A program made the translations under genes and the position numbers. DNA of 64,000 nucleotides, from positions 2,656,001 to 2,720,000 of the forward strand of contig OZ251539.1 in assembly GCA_965243135.1 (NCBI GenBank), in the 5' to 3' direction. The stretch is from Alphaproteobacteria bacterium (GTDB taxonomy: Bacteria; Pseudomonadota; Alphaproteobacteria; MPNO01; UBA830). Under the pieces are notes generated by a model. The model saw only the letters and a list, made by a program, of their open reading frames with translations, had not been told where the DNA came from and ran no database searches. Shown one piece after another: positions 1-10,222 of the stretch; position 1 is the stretch's first letter; each line of letters opens with the position of its first letter.

Positions 1-82
1 AGAGTATTCCCGCCACGAGCACGGCCAGCGGCAACATGTTCACGGTAAGTATGCGCCGCGTCAGCGGAGAGAAGCCGACCAT
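1..82 (-). CDS. chvG: Sensor histidine kinase ChvG/ExoS, N-terminus only (runs off window)
   Basis: Manual translation from ATG at 82: MVGFSPLTRRILTVNMLPLAVLVAGIL, the typical ChvG first TM segment; lies directly downstream of chvI. Confidence 0.8.
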   Translation of the reverse strand, partial: MVGFSPLTRRILTVNMLPLAVLVAGIL

Positions 83-99
83 CGTCCGACGCCCGCCCG

Positions 100-837
100 T
101 CAGGACTCGCGGTAGCGGTATCCGATACCGTACAGGGTTTCGATCTCGCGAAAGCCGCCGTCGACCGCGCGAAACTTCTTGCGCAGCCGCTTGATGTGAC
201 TGTCGATCGTGCGGTCGTCCACGTAGACGGATTCGCCGTAGGCGGCGTCCATGAGCTGGTTCCGGGACTTGACGTGCCCCGGGCGCTGGACCAGTTCCTT
301 GAGAAGCAAAAACTCCGTGACCGTGAGGTTGACGGGCTTCCCCTTCCATCTGCAGGTATGCCGGTCGAGGTCGAGCCGCAGCTCGCCCCGCTCGATGGGA
401 GGGGTCGAAGCTTCCCCCTGGAACCGGCGGTGCCGGCGCAGCACCGTGCGGATCCGCTCGATCAGCAGGCGTTGCGAGAACGGCTTTCTGACGTAGTCGT
501 CCGCCCCCATGCGCAACCCGATAATCTCGTCCACCTCGTCGTCCCTGGACGTGAGAAAGATGACCGGCAAATCGGTTCGCCGACGCAGCCGGTTCAGCAG
601 TTCCATTCCGTCCATGCGCGGCATCTTGATGTCGAGCACCGCGAGATCGAGCGGGCGGGCGGACAGGTCCCGCAACGCGGATTCGCCGTCGACATAAGTC
701 CTGACGACGAATCCTTCGGCCTCCAGCATCATCGAGACGGACGTCAGGATGTTCCTGTCGTCGTCGACCAGCGCAACGACCGGCTTTTTTCCCGACGCGC
801 TCGCGGCGCGGCGCGGCGCGGCGGCCGCGCCGGTCAC
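100..837 (-). CDS. chvI: OmpR-family response regulator ChvI
   Basis: [50 protein letters not shown]; exact start uncertain. Confidence 0.92.
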   Translation of the reverse strand: MTGAAAAPRRAASASGKKPVVALVDDDRNILTSVSMMLEAEGFVVRTYVDGESALRDLSARPLDLAVLDIKMPRMDGMELLNRLRRRTDLPVIFLTSRDDEVDEIIGLRMGADDYVRKPFSQRLLIERIRTVLRRHRRFQGEASTPPIERGELRLDLDRHTCRWKGKPVNLTVTEFLLLKELVQRPGHVKSRNQLMDAAYGESVYVDDRTIDSHIKRLRKKFRAVDGGFREIETLYGIGYRYRES

Positions 838-1363
838 GAGAGTCTGCCTCCGCGGCAGCGAGAAACGCAGAACGGAGCGGTCACCGCATCGCCCTTCCTG
901 CCCGGGTCCGGGAACGTCCCGTGGCTGCGGGCAGTTTGAAACGCGACCTCGCCGAACGCAAGCCGCGACGCGCCCGGCTTTTTCGACGGCGCGCTTGCCG
1001 CATGCGTTCGGCGAAGGAAAAGTCCGGCGCGCCCAGCCGTCCGTCCGGTCGCCCGTTCGAAAGACGACCGGGGAGGTCCAGGCGCAACGGTCGATTGTTG
1101 CGCAACTAACCCCGATCTATCGGCCATACAAAACCGTTCCGCGAGATTTTTTCGCGGCGGCGCTTGCCAGGAGCGCGACGCCGAGGGCTGCCCCGTCTGT
1201 CTTCGCGCCGCGACGCCCGAACGCGGAACGGTTATGTCGGCGAGCGGCGCGAGGCCGGGTGAACCATACCCAGAGTTACATGCTACGGGGCGAGCAGGCG
1301 CCGATCATGAGAGTTTGGTTGATCGCGCCCGGCCAGCCCTCGCGAAATCCCGGACGCCGACGG

Positions 1364-1392
1364 TTGACGAATCGGCCCGCGGATGCAACATC
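1364..1392 (+). promoter_or_regulatory. Candidate sigma70-type promoter of topA
   Basis: TTGACG at 1364, 17 bp, then AACATC; weak -10. Confidence 0.35.
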
Positions 1393-1446
1393 TTCGCCGC
1401 CGCGCTCCAGGCGCGGCCCACGTCTCCCCGAATGGAAAATCGACAT

Positions 1447-3993
1447 ATGGACGTCGTCGTCGTCGAATCGCCCGCCAAGGCCAAGACAATCAACAAATAT
1501 CTCGGATCCGACTACAGAGTCCTGGCCAGCTACGGCCATGTCCGCGATCTGCCGTCCAAGGAGGGATCGGTCCAGCCCGACGAAAATTTCCGGATGACAT
1601 GGTCGGTCGACCACGGTTCGGAAAAGCACCTCAAGGCGATCGCCCAGGCCGCCAGGAATGCCGACCGCCTGTATCTCGCCACCGACCCGGACAGGGAGGG
1701 CGAGGCCATCTCGTGGCACGTGCGCGAGATTCTGGCCGAACGCGACGCCCTGAAGCGCGTCGAGGTGAAGCGGGTCGTATTCCATGAAATCACCAAAGGC
1801 GCCGTCGTCAACGCGATCGCCAATCCGCGCGAATTGAACGACGCGCTGATCGACGCCTATCTGGCGCGCCGCGCACTGGACTATCTCGTCGGATTCGGCC
1901 TGTCGCCGGTGCTCTGGCGCAAGCTGCCTGGGTCCCGTTCGGCCGGCCGGGTGCAGTCGGTCGCGCTGAGGCTGATCTGCGAGCGGGAGGCGGAGATCGA
2001 GATCTTCAAGCCGCGGGAATACTGGACGATCGAAGCGATCTTTTCGACCGCGTCCGGACGCGAGATCGCCGCCCGCCTGGTCGCATTGGACGGAAAGAAA
2101 CTCGATCGTTACGGAATGGAGAACGAAGAGGCCGCGCGCGCCGCCGTCGCGGAGATCGAACGCCGCGAATACGCCGTGCGCTCGGTCGAACGCAAGACCG
2201 TCAAGCGCAGGCCGGCGCCGCCGTTCACGACTTCCACGCTGCAGCAAGAGGCGTCGCGCAAGCTCGGATTCGGCGCGACGCGAACGATGCGAACCGCCCA
2301 GAAACTCTACGAAGGCGTGGACATCGGCGGCGAAACCGCCGGCCTGATAACCTACATGCGCACCGACAGCGTCAATCTGGCGGCGGAAGCGATCAAGGCC
2401 GTCCGCGACGCGATCAAAAGGGATTTCGGGCGCGATTACCTCCCCGCGGAGCGCGTGTTCCACCGCAACCGCGCGAAAAACGCGCAGGAAGCGCACGAGG
2501 CGATCCGGCCAACCTCCTTTTCGCGCAAGCCGGCCGACCTCGCCGGCCTTCTGTCCAAGGACGAACGCGCGCTTTACGAACTGATCTGGAAACGCGCCGT
2601 CGCGAGCCAGATGGAAAGCGCGGCGCTGGAGCAGGTCGCCGTCGATTTCGCGTCGCCCGACGGAATGGTCGCGCTGCGGGCCACCGGCGCGGTCGTCAAG
2701 TTCGACGGTTTCATGAGGCTTTACCAGGAAGGCCGCGACGAGCGAAGCGACGACGAGGACAGCGACGCGCAGCGCGTCCTGCCGCCGGTGTCGGAGGGCG
2801 AAACGGTGACGCGCGGCGCGGTGAAGCCGGAACGGCATTTCACCAAGCCGCCGCCGCGCTACACGGAAGCGAGCCTCGTCAAGAAACTCGAGGAACTCGG
2901 CATCGGACGCCCGTCGACCTACGCCACCATCCTCCAGGTTCTGCAGGACAGGAACTACGTTACCCTCGAAAAGCGCAGGTTCTCGCCCGACGATCTCGGG
3001 CGGATGGTGACCGCCTTCCTGACCGAATACTTCCTGCGATACGTCGAGTACGACTTCACCGCCGATCTCGAAAACAGCCTCGACGACGTCTCCAACGGCG
3101 ACAAGGAATGGCGGACGCTGCTCCGCGAATTCTGGACAGCTTTTTCCGAAGCCGTCGGAAAAACCCAGGAGTTGCGCATCAGCGAAGTCATCGAACGGCT
3201 CGACGGCGAGCTCGGCCCGCATTTCTTTCCGGCCGGAGATGACGGGCGCGACCCGCGGCGCTGCCCGGCCTGCGGCGAAGGCCGGCTCGGGCTGAAGCCG
3301 AGCCGCGGCGGCGGCTTCATCGGATGTTCCCGCTATCCGGATTGCCAATACACGACGGAGCTCCGAGTTCAGACCGGAGACGCCTCGTTCACGGGCGCGC
3401 GGGATCTCGGCCGGGATCCGAAAACCGGACTTCCCGTCACCCTGCGCAAGGGCCCGTACGGCTTCTACGTGCAGCTCGGAGAGGCGGAGAAGGGCAAGGA
3501 CAAGCCCCGGCGCGTCTCCCTGAAGCAGGATATGGCTCCCGAGGATCTCGATCTCGAGACCGCGCTGTCGCTGCTCAGCCTGCCCCGCGAGATCGGCCCG
3601 CACCCCGAGACCAAGGACACGATTCTGGCGGGGATCGGCCCTTACGGCCCCTATCTCAAGACAGGAAACCGTTACGTTTCCCTTGCCGCGGGCGACGACG
3701 TGCTGACGATCGGCCTGAACCGCGCGGTAACGGTGATCGCCGAAGCGCAGCAAAAAACCTCGAAACGGGGGAAGACGATCGGAATTCACGACGGACGACC
3801 CGTGGAATTGCTTGACGGCCGTTACGGCCCGTACGTCAAGCATGGACGGACCAACGCTTCGCTTCCGCGGGACGCGGACCCGGACTCCCTGTCTCTCGAA
3901 CAGGCGCTCGAGCTTCTCGCGGCGCGCAAGGCGAGGACCGGCGCAAAAGGGAAAACCCGAAGGACCGCCAAAAAGGCGCGGGGCAAAGCCTGA
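1447..3993 (+). CDS. topA: DNA topoisomerase I
   Basis: VVVESPAKAK, ATDPDREGEAI, SAGRVQS, LITYMRTDS (catalytic Tyr), C-terminal Zn ribbon and Topo_C repeats; start trimmed from the 1234 ORF (1432 also possible). Confidence 0.97.
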   Translation: MDVVVVESPAKAKTINKYLGSDYRVLASYGHVRDLPSKEGSVQPDENFRMTWSVDHGSEKHLKAIAQAARNADRLYLATDPDREGEAISWHVREILAERDALKRVEVKRVVFHEITKGAVVNAIANPRELNDALIDAYLARRALDYLVGFGLSPVLWRKLPGSRSAGRVQSVALRLICEREAEIEIFKPREYWTIEAIFSTASGREIAARLVALDGKKLDRYGMENEEAARAAVAEIERREYAVRSVERKTVKRRPAPPFTTSTLQQEASRKLGFGATRTMRTAQKLYEGVDIGGETAGLITYMRTDSVNLAAEAIKAVRDAIKRDFGRDYLPAERVFHRNRAKNAQEAHEAIRPTSFSRKPADLAGLLSKDERALYELIWKRAVASQMESAALEQVAVDFASPDGMVALRATGAVVKFDGFMRLYQEGRDERSDDEDSDAQRVLPPVSEGETVTRGAVKPERHFTKPPPRYTEASLVKKLEELGIGRPSTYATILQVLQDRNYVTLEKRRFSPDDLGRMVTAFLTEYFLRYVEYDFTADLENSLDDVSNGDKEWRTLLREFWTAFSEAVGKTQELRISEVIERLDGELGPHFFPAGDDGRDPRRCPACGEGRLGLKPSRGGGFIGCSRYPDCQYTTELRVQTGDASFTGARDLGRDPKTGLPVTLRKGPYGFYVQLGEAEKGKDKPRRVSLKQDMAPEDLDLETALSLLSLPREIGPHPETKDTILAGIGPYGPYLKTGNRYVSLAAGDDVLTIGLNRAVTVIAEAQQKTSKRGKTIGIHDGRPVELLDGRYGPYVKHGRTNASLPRDADPDSLSLEQALELLAARKARTGAKGKTRRTAKKARGKA

Positions 3994-4002
3994 TCGGGCC
4001 GC

Positions 4003-6108
4003 ATGCTGCCGACACGGAACCAGCTTCTGGAATTCGTCCGAAGCGCGGACGGAGAGCCCGGAAGCCGCGAAATCGCGCGCGCCTTCGACGCAAGAGGCGC
4101 GGAACGGGAACGGCTGTACGACATGTTGCGGGAATTGCGACGCGACGGCGAGCTCGAGCCGCGCGCCCAACTGCCGCCGGTCGCCGTCGTCGAGATCGCG
4201 AGGATCGACAGCGACGGAGAGCCGGTCGTCCGGGTGGCGAACAAGGAGAACTCCGCCATCCGCTTCGCGGCGGACGGACCGGCCCCGGGCGTCGGAGACC
4301 GTCTTCTCGTCCGGCTTTCGCGGACGGCGGACGGTTCGTATACGGCGAGAACGATCAAGAGGCTCGAAAGGGCGCCGCGAGACATTCTGGGCGTTCTCGA
4401 AATCGTCGACGGCCGCAAGCGGATCGTCCCGACGGACCGGCGAGCGAAGGCGGGGAAGCCGATCGTTGCGGATTCCGACGTTTCCCCGGGATCCCTCGTC
4501 GTCGCCAGGACCGGACGGGACGGTCGCGCGCGAGTCGTCGAGACCGTCGGCAAGCGGGCGCGACCGAGCGCGATCGCGCTTCGCGCCCGCGACATCCCGA
4601 CGGAATTTTCCCGCGAAGCCCTCGTCGAGGCGTCGAAAGCGAAGCCGCCGCCGCCGGAAGGACGGACGGACCTTCGACAGGCGCCGCTGGTCACGATCGA
4701 CGGCGAGGACGCGCGCGATTTCGACGACGCGGTGTGGGCGGAGCCGTCGCCGGACGGCGGCTGGCATCTGCTCGTCGCGATCGCCGACGTCGCCTGGTAC
4801 GCGCGTCCAGATTCCCCCCTCGACCGGTGCGCCCGCGAACGGGGCAATTCCGTCTACTTTCCGGACCTCGTGGTGCCGATGCTGCCGAAGGAATTGTCCG
4901 ACGGGCTGTGTTCCCTGGTTCCGGGCGAGGATCGCGGCTGCCTCGCGGTTCGCCTGCGGATCGACGCCGAAGGAAATCCGCTGCGCCACGAGTTCGTCCG
5001 GGGGATCATGCGATCGGCGCGCCGCCTGACCTACGAGGAGGTCGAGGCGGCGCGCCGCGGCTCCGGACCGTTGGCGGATCTTGTCGCGCCGCTATACGGC
5101 GCCTTCGAAGCGCTCCTCGCGGCCCGCAAAAGGCGGGGCGCGATCGACCTCGATCTTCCCGAACGCCGCGTCCTGCTCGATTCCGACGGCAATGTCGCGG
5201 CGATAGCGTCCGCCGCAAGGCTCGACAGCCATCGCCTCGTCGAAGAGTTCATGATCGCCGCGAACGTCGCCGCCGCCCGAACCCTGGATCGCGCGCCGTG
5301 CATGTACAGGGTTCACGACCGGCCGGCGGCGGGAAAGATCGAGGAACTGCGCGAGATTCTCCGCCATGTCGGAATCAGGCTGGAGCGCTCTCCCCGGTCC
5401 GGGAACCTCCAGCGGGTCGTCGAACGCGCCGCGGGCGCGCCCGAAGCCGACATGATCAATCTCTGCGTTCTCCGCGCGCAAGCCCAGGCGGAATATTCGC
5501 CGGGCAACATCGGGCATTTCGGGTTGGCGCTCGAACGATACGCTCATTTCACGTCGCCCATCCGCCGTTACGCGGATCTGCTGGTTCATCGCTCCCTCAT
5601 CGCCGCGGAAGGTTTGGGCGAAGGCGGTTCAAGGCCGAAGGACAGCGCCGCCTTCGCCGCGCTCGGGCGTCACCTGTCCATGACCGAACGGAGGGCCGCG
5701 GAGGCCGAACGCGAGGCGTTGGACAGGCATGCGACGATCCATCTGGCGGATCGCGTCGGCGCGGAGTTCGCGGCCCGCATAGCCGGCGTCCACAGGGCGG
5801 GATTGTTCGTGACGCTCGACGAGACCGGCGCGAGCGGTTTCGTGCCGATGTCCGCGCTCGGCGACGAGCGTTTCGACTTCGACCGCCTGCGTCTGACGGG
5901 GCGCGTCTCCGGCGCCGTCTACGCGATCGGAAATCCCGTCACGGCGCGGCTCGACGAGGCGAACGTCCACACGGGATCGCTGACGTTCTCGATCCGCGAC
6001 GGCGGGTTTCGGACCGACGCCGCGTTCCGCGGCCCCCGGCGTCCGCAACGCGCCGCCAAGCGCAAGAAGGGCGGGCGCCGCAAGAACGGAGGGCGGCGCG
6101 CGCCGTAA
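4003..6108 (+). CDS. rnr: Ribonuclease R
   Basis: TIDGEDARDFDDA, HFTSPIRRYADL, S1 domain, basic tail; follows topA. Confidence 0.93.
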   Translation: MLPTRNQLLEFVRSADGEPGSREIARAFDARGAERERLYDMLRELRRDGELEPRAQLPPVAVVEIARIDSDGEPVVRVANKENSAIRFAADGPAPGVGDRLLVRLSRTADGSYTARTIKRLERAPRDILGVLEIVDGRKRIVPTDRRAKAGKPIVADSDVSPGSLVVARTGRDGRARVVETVGKRARPSAIALRARDIPTEFSREALVEASKAKPPPPEGRTDLRQAPLVTIDGEDARDFDDAVWAEPSPDGGWHLLVAIADVAWYARPDSPLDRCARERGNSVYFPDLVVPMLPKELSDGLCSLVPGEDRGCLAVRLRIDAEGNPLRHEFVRGIMRSARRLTYEEVEAARRGSGPLADLVAPLYGAFEALLAARKRRGAIDLDLPERRVLLDSDGNVAAIASAARLDSHRLVEEFMIAANVAAARTLDRAPCMYRVHDRPAAGKIEELREILRHVGIRLERSPRSGNLQRVVERAAGAPEADMINLCVLRAQAQAEYSPGNIGHFGLALERYAHFTSPIRRYADLLVHRSLIAAEGLGEGGSRPKDSAAFAALGRHLSMTERRAAEAEREALDRHATIHLADRVGAEFAARIAGVHRAGLFVTLDETGASGFVPMSALGDERFDFDRLRLTGRVSGAVYAIGNPVTARLDEANVHTGSLTFSIRDGGFRTDAAFRGPRRPQRAAKRKKGGRRKNGGRRAP

Positions 6109-6192
6109 CGGCGTCGACCGCGGCGCCCGAGCGGCCGGCAACCGAGAAGACGCCCTCTAACGCCTCCGAAGCGCAACGCACGGAGAAATGTC

Positions 6193-6221
6193 TTGACCCA
6201 ACCGGTTCGCGAGGGCAGTTT
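6193..6221 (+). promoter_or_regulatory. Candidate promoter of rpmG
   Basis: TTGACC-N17-CAGTTT, 32 bp before the ATG. Confidence 0.4.
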
Positions 6222-6253
6222 GCCGGAAACGACAGACATTCGGGACGACTCCC

Positions 6254-6421
6254 ATGGCCAAGGCGAACACCATCCTCGTGAAGCTCGTGAGCAGCGCCGA
6301 CACGGGATACTTCTACGTTGCGAAGAAAAACGCGAGAACCCAAACGGAAAAACTGGAGTTCCGCAAATACGATCCGGTCGCCCGCAAGCACGTGATCTTC
6401 AAGGAATCCAAGATCAAATAG
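6254..6421 (+). CDS. rpmG: 50S ribosomal protein L33 (Cys-free form); not in ORF track
   Basis: [55 protein letters not shown], 55 aa. Confidence 0.97.
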   Translation: MAKANTILVKLVSSADTGYFYVAKKNARTQTEKLEFRKYDPVARKHVIFKESKIK

Positions 6422-7295
6422 CGCCGCAAGAATCCCGGCGAGCGTCGGACGCCGCATCGAACAGCAGCGCGCGCGGCCGTCCGGCCAGGTCGCGGCGCAT
6501 TTTGCGCGCCTCCAAGCCTGCGCCGGCAAATATCGCCGTAACGGACGCGGCTTGGGCCGGACCGATTTCCACCACGCAGAAACCGTCCGCGCTCAGCTGC
6601 CGCCCGACCTCCGGCGCGATGGCGCGATAGGCTTCGAGGCCGTCGGCGCCGCCGTCGATGGCAACGCGGGGATCGTGATCGCGCACTTCCAGCGCCAGGT
6701 TCTCGATCTCGTCAGACGGCACGTAGGGGGGATTGGAGACCACGACGTCGAACCGCGACGCGATATGCCGGGTCCAGTCGCCCGCGACGAACAGCGCGCG
6801 CGACGAAACTCCGATCGCTTCCGCGTTGATTGCCGCGACGCGGCACGCCTCGCGATCGATATCCGTCCCGATCCCGCAGGCGCCCGGCAGCGCATGCAGC
6901 AAGGAAAGCAGCAGGCATCCGCTGCCGGTCCCGAGGTCGAGAACGCGGAGGGGACGCGCGGGGTCCACGATCCGCTCGAGCGCCGCCTCCACCACCGCTT
7001 CGCTGTCGGGCCTCGGATCGAGCGTCGCCGGACCGATCCGGAACGGCAGGCTTCGGAACTCCCGCTCCCCCAAGATCCGCGCCACGGGCTCCCTCCGGGC
7101 GCGCCGCGCCACTGCCTCCCGGAATCGCCGCAAGGCGGCCGGCGGCAGCGGCGCTTCGGGTTCGCGCAGCATCTCTTCCCGGCTCAGATTCGCGGCAGCC
7201 GAAGCCAAGGCGCGCACGTCCGTCGCGGCTCCCGGAATCCCCGCGAGGGCAAGATCCTTCGAAGCGCGCCGCAGCGCCGCCGCCAGCGTGGTCAC
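6414..7295 (-). CDS. prmC: Release factor glutamine methyltransferase
   Basis: [13 protein letters not shown]; 4-bp overlap with prfA; 8-bp convergent overlap with rpmG. Confidence 0.95.
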   Translation of the reverse strand: MTTLAAALRRASKDLALAGIPGAATDVRALASAAANLSREEMLREPEAPLPPAALRRFREAVARRARREPVARILGEREFRSLPFRIGPATLDPRPDSEAVVEAALERIVDPARPLRVLDLGTGSGCLLLSLLHALPGACGIGTDIDREACRVAAINAEAIGVSSRALFVAGDWTRHIASRFDVVVSNPPYVPSDEIENLALEVRDHDPRVAIDGGADGLEAYRAIAPEVGRQLSADGFCVVEIGPAQAASVTAIFAGAGLEARKMRRDLAGRPRALLFDAASDARRDSCGAI

Positions 7296-8362
7296 GAAGC
7301 TTCCGCGAGGCGGCGAGCCTGATCTTCGGATGCGAGCGCATCGATGATTTCGTCGAGCGCCTCTCCCTCCAAAACGCGCTCCAGCTTGTGCAGCGTCAGA
7401 TTGATTCGGTGATCCGATACGCGGCCCTGGGGAAAATTATAGGTTCTGATTCGTTCTGACCGGTCGCCGGAGCCGATCTGGCCCCGCCGATCCGCCGCCC
7501 GCTCGGCCGCCAATGCCGCCCTCTCGGCGTCGTACAGCCGCGCCCGGAGAATCTTGAGAGCCTTGGACCGGTTCTTGTGCTGGGATTTCTCGTCCTGCTG
7601 CGAAACGACGATGCCGGTCGGCAGGTGCGTTATGCGAACCGCGCTGTCGGTCGTGTTGACGTGCTGGCCGCCGGCGCCCTGCGAACGAAAAGTGTCGACC
7701 CGCAAATCCTTTTCGTCGATACGGACGTCGACCTCCTCCGCCTCGGGCAAGACGGCAACCGTCGCCGCCGACGTATGTATCCGGCCCGACGATTCCGTTT
7801 CCGGCACGCGCTGGACGCGATGAACGCCGGATTCGAACTTCAGCCGCGAGAAGGCTCCCTTGCCGGCCACCTCCGCGACCGCTTCCTTCAGTCCGCCAAT
7901 GGCGGTTTCGGACGCATGCAGAAGATTGAAGTTCCAGTCATGGCGTTCGGCGTAGCGTTGATACATGCGGAGCAGATTCATCGCGAACAGCGCGGCCTCG
8001 TCGCCGCCGGTACCCGCCCGCACCTCCAGAATGGCGCTTTTCTCGTCCGCCGCGTCGCGCGGAAGCAGCATGACGCCGAGCTTTTTCTCGATCTCGGGAA
8101 CGCGAGCGGCCAAATCGCGAAACTCTTCTTCCGCGAGCGCCTTCACGTCGTCGTCGCCGTCGGGATCCGTCATCAGCGCGGCAAGATCGCCCGCCTCGCT
8201 CTCGGCCGCGCGCAGTTCCTCGATGCAGGCCACGATAGGCGCCAGCTCGGCGAATTCCTTGGACATCCGCACGAAGTCCGCGGCGTCCGCGCAATTCGAC
8301 ATCAGCGACGACAAGTCGCGATGGCGTTCCAGAATCTGATCGAGACGCCGGTCGAAGCTCAC
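7292..8362 (-). CDS. prfA: Peptide chain release factor 1
   Basis: [16 protein letters not shown] (PxT), [12 protein letters not shown]. Confidence 0.97.
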   Translation of the reverse strand: MSFDRRLDQILERHRDLSSLMSNCADAADFVRMSKEFAELAPIVACIEELRAAESEAGDLAALMTDPDGDDDVKALAEEEFRDLAARVPEIEKKLGVMLLPRDAADEKSAILEVRAGTGGDEAALFAMNLLRMYQRYAERHDWNFNLLHASETAIGGLKEAVAEVAGKGAFSRLKFESGVHRVQRVPETESSGRIHTSAATVAVLPEAEEVDVRIDEKDLRVDTFRSQGAGGQHVNTTDSAVRITHLPTGIVVSQQDEKSQHKNRSKALKILRARLYDAERAALAAERAADRRGQIGSGDRSERIRTYNFPQGRVSDHRINLTLHKLERVLEGEALDEIIDALASEDQARRLAEAS

Positions 8363-8727
8363 GCTTCACCCCCTCCGCGACATCCGTCGGCCCAGGAAAT
8401 CCGCCCCGAGGCGGGCAGCCCGGATCCGGCGGCTTTCGAAGCTTCGGAGCAGCGCCGCCCATTGCGTCCCGGGCCGAGAGCGAAAGGCGGCCTACGTTCC
8501 GAAGGACTTCCGCGAGTTCGAACATGGAAGCGTCGACGCTAACCGACAAAACGTCTTTCGTCCATCCGCCCGCTCGGCGCCCCGCTCCGGCAGCCCGTCC
8601 ACCCGCGCCTGCGGCGAAATTCCTGGCGGAAACGGCGTCCGCCCCCGACGAAGCGCAGGTCCTGCCCGCGTCGCGGACAGCGTTCCCTCGCGGAGGCGGC
8701 CGTCGAAATGACCGGACGGGAAGCCGT

Positions 8728-9260
8728 TCAGGCGGTCTCGCACCCGACGACGTTGCGCTCCTCGCGGCTGAACTCCACCCCGATCAGGTGGACCGAACGC
8801 CCGAGACGGCGGTACTTGTCCGCATAGCCCTTCTCCCGCAGCTGCGCGATCGCGGTCCCCTCCCGCCCGCGCTCCACCACCTTGAACTCGAACAGGTAAA
8901 CGCGCCCGCCGACGCGGATCGCCATGTCGGCGCGCCCCCGGCTGCCGCTGTCCTCGGCCACCGGCTCGAGGCCCTCCATCAAGAAGCAGCTGTGGATGAC
9001 GCTCGCGTAGTGGGCCTCGTACCGCGCGACGGGGCTGTTCGCGTACCACTGGTGCGGGATGGCGGCGAAGACGCCGCGGAACAGGGCCTCGATGCGCTCG
9101 AAGTCGTTCGCTTCCAGCAGTTCGCCCAGCCGCAGGTTCTCCGCCTTCCCGCGGGCCTCGACCGGGAGCAGTTCTTCCAGCAGGGCCTCGCCCAGACTCT
9201 GGCGCACCTCGAGGTTCGGGTAGCCCAGCCTGTAGCGCCCGTCCTCCTCGCCGACGATGG
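8728..9260 (-). pseudogene. 3' exon of intron-interrupted AAA-ATPase/PD-(D/E)XK nuclease gene (copy 1)
   Basis: Near-identical to the C-terminus of 20369-21901 (GRADMAI..VYLFEFK, AQLREKGYADKY). Confidence 0.9.
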
Positions 9261-9399
9261 GTAGAGTCGAGGACTGGCGCGTTAGTTTTAGGGTCCGGTG
9301 GATGTTCCGTCGCTTTCGCTCCGGGCCTCAGTCCGGCTCCCTTGACCACGTTTCCAGTCCCCGCTCGTCAAACCGGACGTGCGGATTTCCCGCGCTTCG

Positions 9400-10222
9400 G
9401 TCGAGATCATGCCTTCGCCCACGGAAAGCTCTTCGTTCGCGGTGTAAGGCGGGTAAGACCTATTTCGTATAGGTATTTGTCTGGAAAGCGCACATACTTT
9501 CCTTTACGCACCTTGTGCTTGCGACAGAGCCATTGGCGCAGCCGACGGGTTGCGTGTCGATCGACGGCGGCATAAGCGGGACTAACTTGCCCCAGTGCGA
9601 AATAGTTTCCCCGTTATTACCCTGTTGAGGCGTTTTACCATCTCGTCCGGTTCGAGTTGTCCGTTCTTTCGCGCCGTCATTTCACTGTTGGCTTATGCTC
9701 TGGACGCTTGCCGGGTTTGGGCGCGTTCCAATGTAGGATCGTCCCGTGTTCCGTCGGTAGTTGCGTCCAATTCGGTACCCTAGGTATTCTAGTGGTTTCT
9801 CGGGTACCTGTATGCCTTCTCCGCGTTTATCGGCAGTTTCAGCCTTTCCATGAGTGCTTCGACTGCCGCCAGCATCTTGCTGGCCGGCGCTTTGCCGAGC
9901 ACTACGCTGTCCAGTTGACGATCTTCGCGCAGAAGTTTCGAGCGTAGCCCAGTACCTTCCAGCCCAGAATGAAACGGCGCATGGTTGCTGAGTAATGGGG
10001 AGATCGGCGCTCCTTGCGGAGTGCCTTTCCTTTCCCTGCGCGCCCGGTTCGTGCGGCGTTTGCCGCCTTTGCCGTCGTCCTCTTCCACTGCCATTTCCAG
10101 CCATGCCTTGACCCAGCCCAGCATTCGTCCATCGCTTACGCGACGGGCGACGGACTTCATCAGTTCCGCATGAGGGATTTGTCCGAAGTAGTCGGACAGG
10201 TCCGCGTCCACTACCTCGTGGT
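9400..10222 (-). pseudogene. Group II intron RT/maturase, 3' part (frameshifted, YADD lost)
   Basis: VVDADLSDYFGQIPH, GTPQGAPISPLLSN, then frameshifts; the sequence reads KIVN-(W/L)DSVV where YADD is expected; downstream end approximate. Confidence 0.88.

Noticed and set aside
840-1430. ncRNA or IS1595 relic in the chvI-topA spacer (VNHTQSY...ESLV)
   Set aside because: Similarity too short and weak, and no recognisable RNA family; needs an Rfam or translated search.
1276-4989. 1237-aa minus-strand ORF and similar long ORFs (15596-18079, 48210-51191, 29692-31503, 35731-37323)
   Set aside because: Antisense or off-frame shadows of real genes in high-GC DNA, with no recognisable motifs.
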